Positions 1 through 8,269 of a DNA stretch of 28,704 bases are shown piece after piece. The notes below the pieces were generated by a model, which made no database searches, was not told the origin of the DNA, and worked only from the letters and a program-made list of their open reading frames with translations. The stretch covers positions 1-28,704 of IMG/VR virus record IMGVR_UViG_3300017988_000022, one strand, 5' to 3'. The position numbers were made by a program, and so were the translations under genes. This DNA comes from a virus. Lineage: Duplodnaviria; Caudoviricetes. Within the stretch, counting starts at the first letter, position 1; every line of letters starts with the position of its first letter.

Positions 1-99
1 GTGACGCCGATGACCTTCTGGCGCACCGTGCTTGCGGTCATTGTTGGGATGGCCGTCTACTCAGCCGTCGCGTGGCTGCTCTATCTCATCACCCACTAG
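1..99 (+). CDS. Small single-TM protein (possibly 5'-truncated), MTPMTFWRTVLAVIVGMAVYSAVAWLLYLITH
   Basis: Open frame from GTG at 1 (ATG at 10) to TAG at 97-99; hydrophobic; too short for the ORF track. Confidence 0.5.
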   Translation: MTPMTFWRTVLAVIVGMAVYSAVAWLLYLITH

Positions 100-113
100 C
101 CTTCTCCGCAACT

Positions 114-183
114 GCAAGTATTCCAGCTATCGCAGCTATTTCCCGTGATTCAAAGCGCGGCGAAGCCGCGCCTTACTCTGGCC
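114..183 (+). promoter_or_regulatory. Putative activator-dependent late promoter of the lysis/packaging operon (Plys-like)
   Basis: GCAAGTATT-CCAGCTATC-GCAGCTATT (114-140) and -10-like TACTCT (174-179) followed by GGCC; same motif and same spacing recur at 9175-9244. Confidence 0.7.
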
Positions 184-326
184 TCACCCAAACCGGGGAA
201 CTGGAACCGCGAAATCTTGAGAAAGGCTACGCGGAGAGCCAGAGCGGCGTGGAGATAAGGCTAGTTCTGCGATGGCCAGCCCATTGCAAACTAGCCGCCG
301 CGCCCCTACGCCCGGTGAGGCCAGAG
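176..326 (+). repeat. Perfect 13-bp inverted repeat enclosing a structured leader; right arm overlaps the endolysin RBS
   Basis: CTCTGGCCTCACC (176-188) is the reverse complement of GGTGAGGCCAGAG (314-326); inner stems 259-266/289-296 and 268-275/281-288. Confidence 0.75.
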
Positions 327-333
327 GCGCGCC

Positions 334-852
334 GTGACCGAGAAGCAAAACGCATTCCTGAAGATGGCAGTGCCGGCGGCGCAGGCCGCGCAGCGCAGAT
401 GGGGCGTACCTGCCTCGGTGACCATCGCCCAGGCGATTCTGGAATCGAGCAATGTGCTGGGCTGGGGCCAGAGCGAGCTGGCGCGCGAGGCGAACAACTA
501 TTTCGGCATCAAGGCTGCGCATGGGGCCGCGCCTGAGTGCTACATGGAACTGCCCACCCATGAGTACGTCAACAATCAACTGGAGCCGATCGATGCCCAA
601 TTTGCCCGGTATCCCGACATTGCGGAAAGCTTCGACGCCCATGCGAAACTGCTGGCCGTCGCGCGGCGCTACCGTCCGGCGATGGCGGTGGCTCACGATC
701 CGGCCAGCTTCGCGCTGCAGTTGCAGCGCTGCGGCTACTCCACCAGCCCCACTTACGCCGCATCGCTGACCAAGCTGATGCGCCTTTACGACCTGGAACA
801 GTACGACGTACCGCCCGAAGATCCCGCTGCCGCGCAGGAAGTCGCGGCCTGA
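334..852 (+). CDS. Endolysin, GH73 glucosaminidase / FlgJ-like muramidase
   Basis: Motifs AQAILES, GWGQS, NNYFGIKA, GYSTSPTYA; GTG start with GAGG at 324-327. Confidence 0.9.
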   Translation: MTEKQNAFLKMAVPAAQAAQRRWGVPASVTIAQAILESSNVLGWGQSELAREANNYFGIKAAHGAAPECYMELPTHEYVNNQLEPIDAQFARYPDIAESFDAHAKLLAVARRYRPAMAVAHDPASFALQLQRCGYSTSPTYAASLTKLMRLYDLEQYDVPPEDPAAAQEVAA

Positions 853-871
853 AAAGGAAAAGGAGAATCAC

Positions 872-1708
872 ATGAACCTGTTGAGCAATATCTGGAATCA
901 CCCCAAGACGTCAGTTACCGGCATCATCCTCGGCCTGGTCACCGTCTGCGGGGTTCTTTCCCAGCAAGGGATCACGCTGGGTAACGCGGGCACGGGCACC
1001 GTGGTGGCGCTGGTTGCCGGGCTCGGCACCGCACTGCTCGGCTTATTTTCGAAGGATCCTGGATCCGAAGTGACGCTGCCCACCAGCTCAAAGCTGGGCT
1101 GCTTCGCGCTGATCCTGCTGCTTTTCATGCTGCCTTTTGAGACGGGCTGCACGCAGCAGCAGAAGATCTCGGTAGCCCAGGAAATCGTCAACTGGACGCC
1201 GGTCCTGGTCTCGACCGCCGACACGGTGAGCGCCGCAGTGCAAGCGCTCGATCCGGTGACGGTGGTGATCCTCGGCCCGGCAACTCTGGCTCTGAACACG
1301 CTTGCTCCGGAGGTGCAGAAGGCCGCGCAGGCGTACCTGGCGAATCCGAATCAAACCACGCTTCAGGTGCTCCAGTCGGTCATAACGCAAATTCAGCAGG
1401 ATGTGAATTCGACGCTGCTGGCTGCGGCTAAAATCACCAATCCGAACAGCCAGGCGCTCGCCGTCAAGGATGTGAATCTGATTGCAACCATCGCGAATAC
1501 ATTGCTCGCCCTGGTGCAGTCGATCAGCACCAAGACGCAAGTGACAGCCATGGCCGCAAAGGTGCGTGTGACACTGGCCCAGGTGCGTCCGCTGCTGGAT
1601 CAAGGCGCGCTGCAGGCCGCGTCTGTGCGGGTTTCGAGCGATCTTGCTCTGAACCATGCGCCCACGGTGAATCAGTTCTTCGCCTACGAAGCGCAGTCCG
1701 GCTTCTAG
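872..1708 (+). CDS. Membrane protein: N-terminal 2-TM holin-like unit fused to a third TM / lipoprotein-like segment and helical domain
   Basis: Strong RBS AAGGAG; hydrophobic stretches at about aa 14-30, 43-60 and 75-89; TGC at aa 91-93; Ala/Gln-rich helical remainder; directly after the endolysin. Confidence 0.6.
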   Translation: MNLLSNIWNHPKTSVTGIILGLVTVCGVLSQQGITLGNAGTGTVVALVAGLGTALLGLFSKDPGSEVTLPTSSKLGCFALILLLFMLPFETGCTQQQKISVAQEIVNWTPVLVSTADTVSAAVQALDPVTVVILGPATLALNTLAPEVQKAAQAYLANPNQTTLQVLQSVITQIQQDVNSTLLAAAKITNPNSQALAVKDVNLIATIANTLLALVQSISTKTQVTAMAAKVRVTLAQVRPLLDQGALQAASVRVSSDLALNHAPTVNQFFAYEAQSGF

Positions 1709-1783
1709 CCGAAGGCGAAATAGAAACTGGAATAATTTGTGCGCGATTTTACAACGCCGCGCACCAAGAATTCCGGAGGAACC

Positions 1784-2047
1784 ATGAAGCCGACGTTTCA
1801 AATCACACTGAACGCCGAGCAGTTCAACGCCATGGCCTCGAAGCTCAAGGAGATGGGCTTCGGGGCCGATGCGTTGGAAAAGGGCACGCTGCCGGAGACG
1901 CAGGGCGTCGTGCTGAGTTATGTGACCGATGTGCAGTTAGGCGCGTCGCCGAGCGCTACGGTCACCTTCACAGTTGAGAAGAAGCCTTTCATCGCGCCGG
2001 TAAGCGTGATCGAGAGCCATGTAAAGCAGTTGATGGGCATCGGATGA
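1784..2047 (+). CDS. Hypothetical protein (87 aa)
   Basis: GGAGGA RBS before ATG 1784; stop lies 1 nt before the next start. Confidence 0.7.
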   Translation: MKPTFQITLNAEQFNAMASKLKEMGFGADALEKGTLPETQGVVLSYVTDVQLGASPSATVTFTVEKKPFIAPVSVIESHVKQLMGIG

Positions 2048-2048
2048 G

Positions 2049-2387
2049 ATGAGTACGACCGTCCATTGCCCGTGCTGCGGCAAGGCGCTGGTTCTGAGCG
2101 CGCCCCGGCGTCGTGAGGCCCCGGCAATGAACGGTCTGGATGGCATCACGTTCAAGGGCCGCTTTGGCCTGACGGAGCGGGAAGCCGATTGCGCGGACCT
2201 AGCCATCCGCGGAGCGCGCAGTACGGAGATCGCGCAGCGGATGGGGTACGCAAACGCGCAGGTGGTGCGCAACACGATGACGCGGATCTTCGATCGGATT
2301 GGGGTCCGCAACCGGACGGAGCTGCTGATCGTGGGCGTCTTCGGCCGGCGAGGATTGGAAGTGGAGGAGCGGCAATGCAGATCCTGA
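2049..2387 (+). CDS. LuxR/GerE-type HTH protein with N-terminal CPCCG knuckle
   Basis: LTEREADCADLAIRGARSTEIAQRMG...VVRNTMTRIFDRIGVRNRTEL matches the LuxR HTH pattern. Confidence 0.8.
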   Translation: MSTTVHCPCCGKALVLSAPRRREAPAMNGLDGITFKGRFGLTEREADCADLAIRGARSTEIAQRMGYANAQVVRNTMTRIFDRIGVRNRTELLIVGVFGRRGLEVEERQCRS

Positions 2388-3439
2388 AATCCAGTACGCT
2401 TTTGGACTGGGCGCTCCACCTAATGCGCTTGGTGGGCTGGGGATTGATGATTTTCGGCGCGATGACGCTGCTGGGCAGCCTGATGCGGGGCTGTGACGAT
2501 GCGACTCTGCCCGCGGCTTACGCCCAGGGCGCGCCCGTCCATCCCGCCATGCTGCAGGCCCGCTATGACGAGCTGACTGCCGCGTACTGGATGGCTCCCG
2601 ATCCTCAACTTAAGGCGGCACTGCGGGATAGGATGACGACTCTTGAGAAGACGCTGACTGAGATCGACCGCACCGAGCTGGCCGCGAACACCATGGCCCT
2701 TACCGCAGCGCCAGAGCCGCCGGCGAGCTATCGCCTGGAAGACGGCCTGGCGCTGCCCGATCCCGATCTCACGCCCGGCGCGGTGAATCCCGATGCGATC
2801 GCCGATCTCAGTGGGAAGCCGCACAAGGTCCACGGCCTGGAGATGAATCTCTGCGCCAAAGACTTTCGCGCCACGGCGGTGCGCAAGACGATCACGAACT
2901 TTGCCGGGTTGAAGAAGAAGGCCTGCGCCGAGTACGGCCTGGACAAATGTGACGCCAGCGTGGAGGGCGATCACCTGATCTCGATCGAGATCGGCGGCTG
3001 CCCGGATTGCCTCACGAATATCTGGCCGCAGCCGATGGACGAGGCCCGGAAGAAGGATCACCAGTTGGAGGACGTGCTGCCCGGCCTGATCTGCTCGGGG
3101 AAAATGACCCTCCCGGCGGCACAGAAGTGCATCGCCTCGGACTGGGTTGCCTGCGCCAAGCGGATCGACGGGACGGCCATGACTTGGAATTTCCCTCCGC
3201 CAGCTGTTTTTTCGCCTCCGGCAGGGCCATTCTGGGACCTTCGCGACCCCCTGGAGGCTACTACCCCACCACCCGAGTTTGCGTCACGCGTGCGTGGCGC
3301 CCAGAATCGCCGGGAATCCATGCCAGATTTTCTGGTCTTAACCGTTCGGAACGGGATTTTTGGGGTTTGGAGGGGTTGGTCCGGGCTTTTTGGGGGTTCT
3401 CGGGGCTCCGCAACCGGATCGGAAAGGGCTTCCCGATGA
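2375..3439 (+). CDS. Membrane-anchored or exported HNH-like (His-Me) nuclease-family protein
   Basis: GGAGGA RBS before ATG 2375; N-terminal TM; LPDPDLTPG...EGDHLISIEIGG...NIWPQP...KKD..LE...ICSG...AQ..IASDW pattern; ATGA overlap with the next gene. Confidence 0.65.
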   Translation: MQILKSSTLLDWALHLMRLVGWGLMIFGAMTLLGSLMRGCDDATLPAAYAQGAPVHPAMLQARYDELTAAYWMAPDPQLKAALRDRMTTLEKTLTEIDRTELAANTMALTAAPEPPASYRLEDGLALPDPDLTPGAVNPDAIADLSGKPHKVHGLEMNLCAKDFRATAVRKTITNFAGLKKKACAEYGLDKCDASVEGDHLISIEIGGCPDCLTNIWPQPMDEARKKDHQLEDVLPGLICSGKMTLPAAQKCIASDWVACAKRIDGTAMTWNFPPPAVFSPPAGPFWDLRDPLEATTPPPEFASRVRGAQNRRESMPDFLVLTVRNGIFGVWRGWSGLFGGSRGSATGSERASR

Positions 3440-3951
3440 CCACCCTGGGACTGGGCAGCGCGGGCGTTCCCTCTGGGGAAGTTACGGGGCATTTCAGGAC
3501 CGGCGGCCTGAAGCACGTTCGGGTAGCTCTCAGCTCGGCTGGAGGGGCGGCGGTGATCTTTGCCCTCTTCGAGCTGCTGCAGAAGCAGCCTGCCGATGGA
3601 TTCAAGTTGCTGGCGGAGTGGGGACCGTGGCCGATCATCGCCCTGGTTGCCCTGGCTCTCATAGCTCCGTTTCTTTCGGCCATGAACGACACGGTGCGCA
3701 CCGCCTTCGGATCGATCGTCGCGAACTTCGAGCAGCAGACGCAGGCCACAAGTAAACAGGCGGAAGCGTTGACCAGGTTGGCGGATCAGGGGAGCCGCCA
3801 GTCGGAACAGATCGAACGGCTGGTTATCTACTCGGCGCAGGAATGGCCGGGCGTGTATGACCGGTTCGATCGGCAGGACGAAGTGTTGCAGAAGCTGACA
3901 GAAGCGCTGGTTGATCTTCGCGCCCACGTCGGACAGACCAATGGGGGATAG
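3436..3951 (+). CDS. Membrane protein with coiled-coil C-terminus (position of Mu gp25; holin or lysis accessory candidate)
   Basis: ATGA-coupled start; two hydrophobic segments followed by heptad-like Q/E-rich helix; precedes gp26/gp27-like genes. Confidence 0.55.
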   Translation: MTTLGLGSAGVPSGEVTGHFRTGGLKHVRVALSSAGGAAVIFALFELLQKQPADGFKLLAEWGPWPIIALVALALIAPFLSAMNDTVRTAFGSIVANFEQQTQATSKQAEALTRLADQGSRQSEQIERLVIYSAQEWPGVYDRFDRQDEVLQKLTEALVDLRAHVGQTNGG

Positions 3952-3953
3952 AG

Positions 3954-4277
3954 ATGGAAGCGGCTGAACTCAAATTGATCCAGGCCCGGCGGCGCAGGGG
4001 CATCATTCTCAAGCTGATTCGCGAGGGGCACGAGAATCAACTTTCACGGATGGATGACCTGGAAGTCTGGGGCGTCCTGCTGAAGATGCGCCAGACGGTG
4101 GGCCGCGACCAGACGGTCACGCTGCTGCAGGATCTGCGCATCCTGGATTACATCGACTTCAAATCGCAGATGAACGAAAACTCGGGCCGGATGGAGCTAA
4201 GCGAGATCCAGCTCACTGCGCGCGGGCTGCGCTTTATGACCGAGGGCCGCAGCAACGACGACGTGCTTTTCAACTAG
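3954..4277 (+). CDS. Mu gp26-like winged-helix protein
   Basis: RRGIILKLI...LQDLRILDYI...LTARGLRF pattern, 107 aa, directly before the small terminase. Confidence 0.65.
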   Translation: MEAAELKLIQARRRRGIILKLIREGHENQLSRMDDLEVWGVLLKMRQTVGRDQTVTLLQDLRILDYIDFKSQMNENSGRMELSEIQLTARGLRFMTEGRSNDDVLFN

Positions 4278-4279
4278 CC

Positions 4280-5026
4280 ATGACCAAGCCCAGGCCAAAA
4301 ACCGGAGAGCCGCGGAAAGTGCATCAGCCGCTGAAGATCGATCTGCTGCCGCAGTCTGCGCGCGACGCGATCGAGCAGCTCTATGACCGCTTGGGCACCT
4401 GGAAGGAGATCGAGGATCAATCCGCGATGCCCTACAGCGCCAAGTGGGCGTCGGACGGCGGCGGCTTCGTCGACTGGGAATCGCTGGATCTGCGGATCCT
4501 GAACGAGTTCCCGCTGATGCGGCTGCCCAAGAGCACGCTGCAGCGCTGGTTCGATCTGCGCGTGGCCCAGGCGCGCAAAGAGGTGTTGCGCGAGAGCGCC
4601 CAGGCGCGGGAGTTCGCCTCAGCCTTCGCCGGCAACGATCTCTTCAATTCGAATTCGGCCGTGATTAACGCGCTGCGCGACCAGGTCTTCAACCTGATCC
4701 AGAGCGCCGGCATGGGAGACAAGGAGCGCTTTGCGAAGGGCCTGAAGGATCTGACTCTCGCCATGAGCCGCATGCAGCGCGTGGAGCTGCAGGCGAAGCG
4801 GGTGGAAGCGGATCTGAAAAAGATCGATGCCGAGCGGGCCAAGCTGGCGGCCGAGGCCGGCGATCCGCGCGAGATCTACCTGCTGGCTTCGCAGGACCTA
4901 CTGAAAAAGCTGCGTACCCGCGAGCCGGTGCGCGCGGTCATCGATCCCATCAAGGAAGAACTGATCCAGGAGTTCACGCATGGCGCTGAAAGTTTCGCAA
5001 AACAAATCGAAGCGTCAGCAGCGTGA
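4280..5026 (+). CDS. terS: Mu gp27-like (DUF3486) putative small terminase subunit
   Basis: KIDLLPQSARDAIEQL N-terminus, KSTLQRW helix, coiled-coil C-terminus; overlaps terL. Confidence 0.65.
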   Translation: MTKPRPKTGEPRKVHQPLKIDLLPQSARDAIEQLYDRLGTWKEIEDQSAMPYSAKWASDGGGFVDWESLDLRILNEFPLMRLPKSTLQRWFDLRVAQARKEVLRESAQAREFASAFAGNDLFNSNSAVINALRDQVFNLIQSAGMGDKERFAKGLKDLTLAMSRMQRVELQAKRVEADLKKIDAERAKLAAEAGDPREIYLLASQDLLKKLRTREPVRAVIDPIKEELIQEFTHGAESFAKQIEASAA

Positions 5027-6599
5027 GGATGCGGCTGCCCGGCTGCGCGCCGTCTTCGGCGTGGTGCCGGGGGAGCTGCGCCCGGAGAAGAAAGACGCCG
5101 GCCAGGTTCTCGACCAGGCTTGGGCGCTGGCGACCGACATCACCAACTTCGCGGTCAAGTACATGCGCCACTTCATGGTCGATCAGCAGACGGGCGCGAT
5201 CATTGAGCCGGCGGAGTTCCACCGCGAACTCTACCAGACGCTGCTGACCGAGCAATACGCCGCGATCGCCGCACCCCGCGAGCATGCCAAATCGACCTGC
5301 GTATCGGTGATCTTTGTTCTCTATTGCGTGTGCTACAAGCTGCGGCGGTTCATCGTGCTCATCTCGGACACCCAGCCCCAGGCGGCGCTGCAGCTCGCCG
5401 CGGTGAAGGAAGAGATCGAGTCAAACTCTGCGCTGATCGCGGACTTCGGCAGCCTGCAGGGTGACCGGAAGTGGGATATCAACGATTGCCGCACGACGAC
5501 GGGCATCACCCTCGCCGCGCGCGGCGCGGGGCAGAGCCTGCGCGGGCTGCGCTTCCGGCTTTACCGGCCGGATCTGGTCATCTGCGACGACATGGAGAAC
5601 GAAGAGGACGTCGACAATCCCGAAACCCGCGACAAGCTGGAACGCTGGTTCACGGGCACGGTGCTCAACCTGGGCAAGAAATGCCAGGTGTTTGTAATCG
5701 GCACTATCCTCCACTATGACGGGCTGCTGGCCAAGCTGCTCGATCCGGAGAAATTCAAGAAGTTCGTGAAGCACCGCTATATGGCGGTCGATCAGGAGTG
5801 GGCGCCCGAGTCGGTGCTGTGGCCGGCGAAGTGGGATATCGAGTCGCTGCGCGAAAAAGAAGATGTGATCGGTTCGGTGATGTTCAATCAGGAGTTTCGC
5901 AACCTGCCCATCTCGGAATCGACACAGGTCTTCAAAGAGGAGTGGATCACGCGCCACGCCTTCCGCCGCGAGGAGCTCGCCGGCAAGCCCACGGTGAAGA
6001 TGACCTACAACGATCCGGCCATCTCGCAGAAGGCGACCGCGGACTTCTTCGCGTCCGTCACCATCGACGTCGATGCGCAGGGCTTTATCTATGTGACGCG
6101 CGCCGAGCAGGATCGCATGCCGTTCACGCAGCAGGTCGATTTCATGCTGCGGCGCGCCGACGAAGAGCAGCCGATGGTGATCGGCATCGAGGATCAGGCA
6201 TACCAGGCCGCGCTGAAACAAGCGCTCGACGAGGCTTCGCGGCTCAGCGGGCGCTATCTCAATGTCGTCGGCATCACCAACCTGACAGATAAGTTTCTGC
6301 GCATCTCGACCATGAGCCCGCTGGTTGAGAACGGAACCATCCGCTTCTGCCTGGATGGCACGCAAAAGACGCTGATTTCACAGTTGCTGTTCCTGGGCAA
6401 GATCAAGGATGACCTGGCCGACGCGCTGCAAGGCGCTGTGCAGTTGGCGCGCAACTACAACTTCCAGGCCGCGATCGCATCGAGCCCTGTGCAGGTGGGC
6501 GGACGCGAGCAGGGGTTTGGGCGGGAAGAGATTTTAGCCGGCGCAGGCCGGGGAGGCGCGGACTTTGTGCGCCGTGACAGGAGATCGAGATGGGCCTGA
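4980..6599 (+). CDS. terL: Terminase large subunit
   Basis: Walker A APREHAKST, Walker B RPDLVICDDMEN, coupling motif IGT, nuclease motifs YNDPA..ADF and DDLADAL; AGGAG RBS upstream of 4980. Confidence 0.92.
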   Translation: MALKVSQNKSKRQQREDAAARLRAVFGVVPGELRPEKKDAGQVLDQAWALATDITNFAVKYMRHFMVDQQTGAIIEPAEFHRELYQTLLTEQYAAIAAPREHAKSTCVSVIFVLYCVCYKLRRFIVLISDTQPQAALQLAAVKEEIESNSALIADFGSLQGDRKWDINDCRTTTGITLAARGAGQSLRGLRFRLYRPDLVICDDMENEEDVDNPETRDKLERWFTGTVLNLGKKCQVFVIGTILHYDGLLAKLLDPEKFKKFVKHRYMAVDQEWAPESVLWPAKWDIESLREKEDVIGSVMFNQEFRNLPISESTQVFKEEWITRHAFRREELAGKPTVKMTYNDPAISQKATADFFASVTIDVDAQGFIYVTRAEQDRMPFTQQVDFMLRRADEEQPMVIGIEDQAYQAALKQALDEASRLSGRYLNVVGITNLTDKFLRISTMSPLVENGTIRFCLDGTQKTLISQLLFLGKIKDDLADALQGAVQLARNYNFQAAIASSPVQVGGREQGFGREEILAGAGRGGADFVRRDRRSRWA

Positions 6600-8221
6600 T
6601 TCCGGGACGGATCAAGAACATGCTGCGCTGGCGTTCAATTGCCGAGCGCAATTCGCTCACGCTGCTCAACCTGGACGAAGCCAGGCGCTGGCAGCAGGCG
6701 CGCGCCGACGCCGACACTGCAGCGAAAGAGAAGCTGGCGGCCGAGGCTGTGGCGCCGCAACTCTTCACATTGACCACGGGTGACGGCGAGGATCCCGGCT
6801 TCCGGCGTATTACATCGCTGGCCACGCTTCGCGACCTAAACCCGTTGATGCACGACCGCATGCTGCAGGTGTGCTACTTCCTGCGCGTGACCACGCCCTT
6901 CGGCAAGCGGATCGTCGAGATCATCACGGATTACACCGTCGGCAAAGGCGTGCGCGTGACAGCCAAAGATCCACGCGTGCAGAAGGTGATCGACGATTTC
7001 TGGAACGACGAAGTCAACAACATGGACGAGAACCTTTCCATGTGGTGCGACGAGCTAACCACCTTCGGTGAGATGTGCCTTCCGGTGGCGAAGAACCCCG
7101 TGTCCGGCAAGGTGCGCGTGGGCTACATCGATCCCATGAACATCGACACCATCCAGTTCGCGGAGATGGCCACCGCCGACGGCACCGCCTCGATCAACGT
7201 ACCGTTTGCGGTACGCCTGCGCCGCGAAGTCGGTGAAGTGCTGCAGAAGCCGATGCTGCTCGTCAAACGCGTCGAGGATCCGCAAGCTGAGAACTATGGC
7301 CGGCTCTCGGGCGAGTGCTTCTACTTCACGCTCAACAAGGCCAAGAGCGCCAGCCGCGGATTCTCGGAACTCTTCAGCCTGGCGGACTGGATCGATCTGT
7401 TTGACCAGATGATCTTCGACTTCGGCGACAAGGTGCGCTTCCTGAACTCGTTCGTGTGGCACTACATCCTGGAGGGCGCCGACGAAAAGAAGGTTAACGA
7501 ATACAAGGACAAGCTCACCAAGGATCCTCCGCGCCAGGGCGGCGTGATGGTGACCAATGAGCGCGTGAAGATCGAGGCCCAAACTCCGGAGTTCCACGGC
7601 CAGGATATGGCCGAGGGCGCGTCGATGGTGAAGCTCTACGGCCTGGGCGGCGCGGGCTTGCCGGCCACGTTCTTCGGCGATGGCGTGGACGCCAACCGCT
7701 CCACGGCCGTGGAGATGAATGCGCCGGTGCACCGGAAGATTCAATCGCGGCAGAATCACCTGGCGCGTTGTCTTAAGCCTGTGCTCGATTTTCAGATTGA
7801 GTCGGCGCAGGAAGCGGGCGCGCTGCCCCAGGACGTCGACACTTCTTACACGATCGAGTTCCCCGAGATCGCGACGCAGGACCTTACCAAAGGCGCTCAG
7901 ACGTTGGCGGGAGTTTCGACCTCCATGCAGATCGGGCAGCAGGAGGGCTGGGTGACCGGGCAGACCGCCGCGCGCGCCTTCCACACGGTGCTGGCCGAGA
8001 TCGGCGTGGATATTGAGGATTCGCAGGAAGAGTACGAGGCCGCGCAGCAGGAGAAGGACGATCGCGCGGCCAAACAGCAGGACTTGTTCGCGCCGCAGTC
8101 GGCGCTCGATGCCGCGCTGAAGGGACTGAAGACGCCGCCGCCCAACAAGGCAGACGAAGCCGGCAAAGGTCCGGACAATGATCTGCTCGATGCCGGCGAA
8201 GCAAAGAACCTAGTGAACTAA
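6590..8221 (+). CDS. Portal protein
   Basis: 543 aa after terL; IVEIITDYTVGKG, FWN..N, TFGEMCL, SRGFSEL, DANRSTA portal-type motifs; AGGAG RBS. Confidence 0.85.
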   Translation: MGLIPGRIKNMLRWRSIAERNSLTLLNLDEARRWQQARADADTAAKEKLAAEAVAPQLFTLTTGDGEDPGFRRITSLATLRDLNPLMHDRMLQVCYFLRVTTPFGKRIVEIITDYTVGKGVRVTAKDPRVQKVIDDFWNDEVNNMDENLSMWCDELTTFGEMCLPVAKNPVSGKVRVGYIDPMNIDTIQFAEMATADGTASINVPFAVRLRREVGEVLQKPMLLVKRVEDPQAENYGRLSGECFYFTLNKAKSASRGFSELFSLADWIDLFDQMIFDFGDKVRFLNSFVWHYILEGADEKKVNEYKDKLTKDPPRQGGVMVTNERVKIEAQTPEFHGQDMAEGASMVKLYGLGGAGLPATFFGDGVDANRSTAVEMNAPVHRKIQSRQNHLARCLKPVLDFQIESAQEAGALPQDVDTSYTIEFPEIATQDLTKGAQTLAGVSTSMQIGQQEGWVTGQTAARAFHTVLAEIGVDIEDSQEEYEAAQQEKDDRAAKQQDLFAPQSALDAALKGLKTPPPNKADEAGKGPDNDLLDAGEAKNLVN

Positions 8222-8269
8222 CCGCCCCAGCGACGAAGACCCGTCGCCGGGGACCCCGGAAAGGATTTG

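Noticed and set aside
97-230. Possible pairing of TAGCCTTCTC (97-106) with GAGAAAGGCTA (220-230)
   Set aside because: Needs a bulge and would cross the stronger 13-bp duplex; cannot be separated from chance without homologs.
72-536. 154-aa + strand ORF and the other alternative-frame or minus-strand ORFs across the window
   Set aside because: They overlap well-supported genes, lack RBS or recognisable motifs, and are expected shadow ORFs in high-GC DNA.
1709-1760. AT-rich gap as an internal promoter or terminator
   Set aside because: Only a 3-bp GCC-GAA-GGC stem, no convincing -35/-10 pair and no copy of the 9-bp repeat motif.
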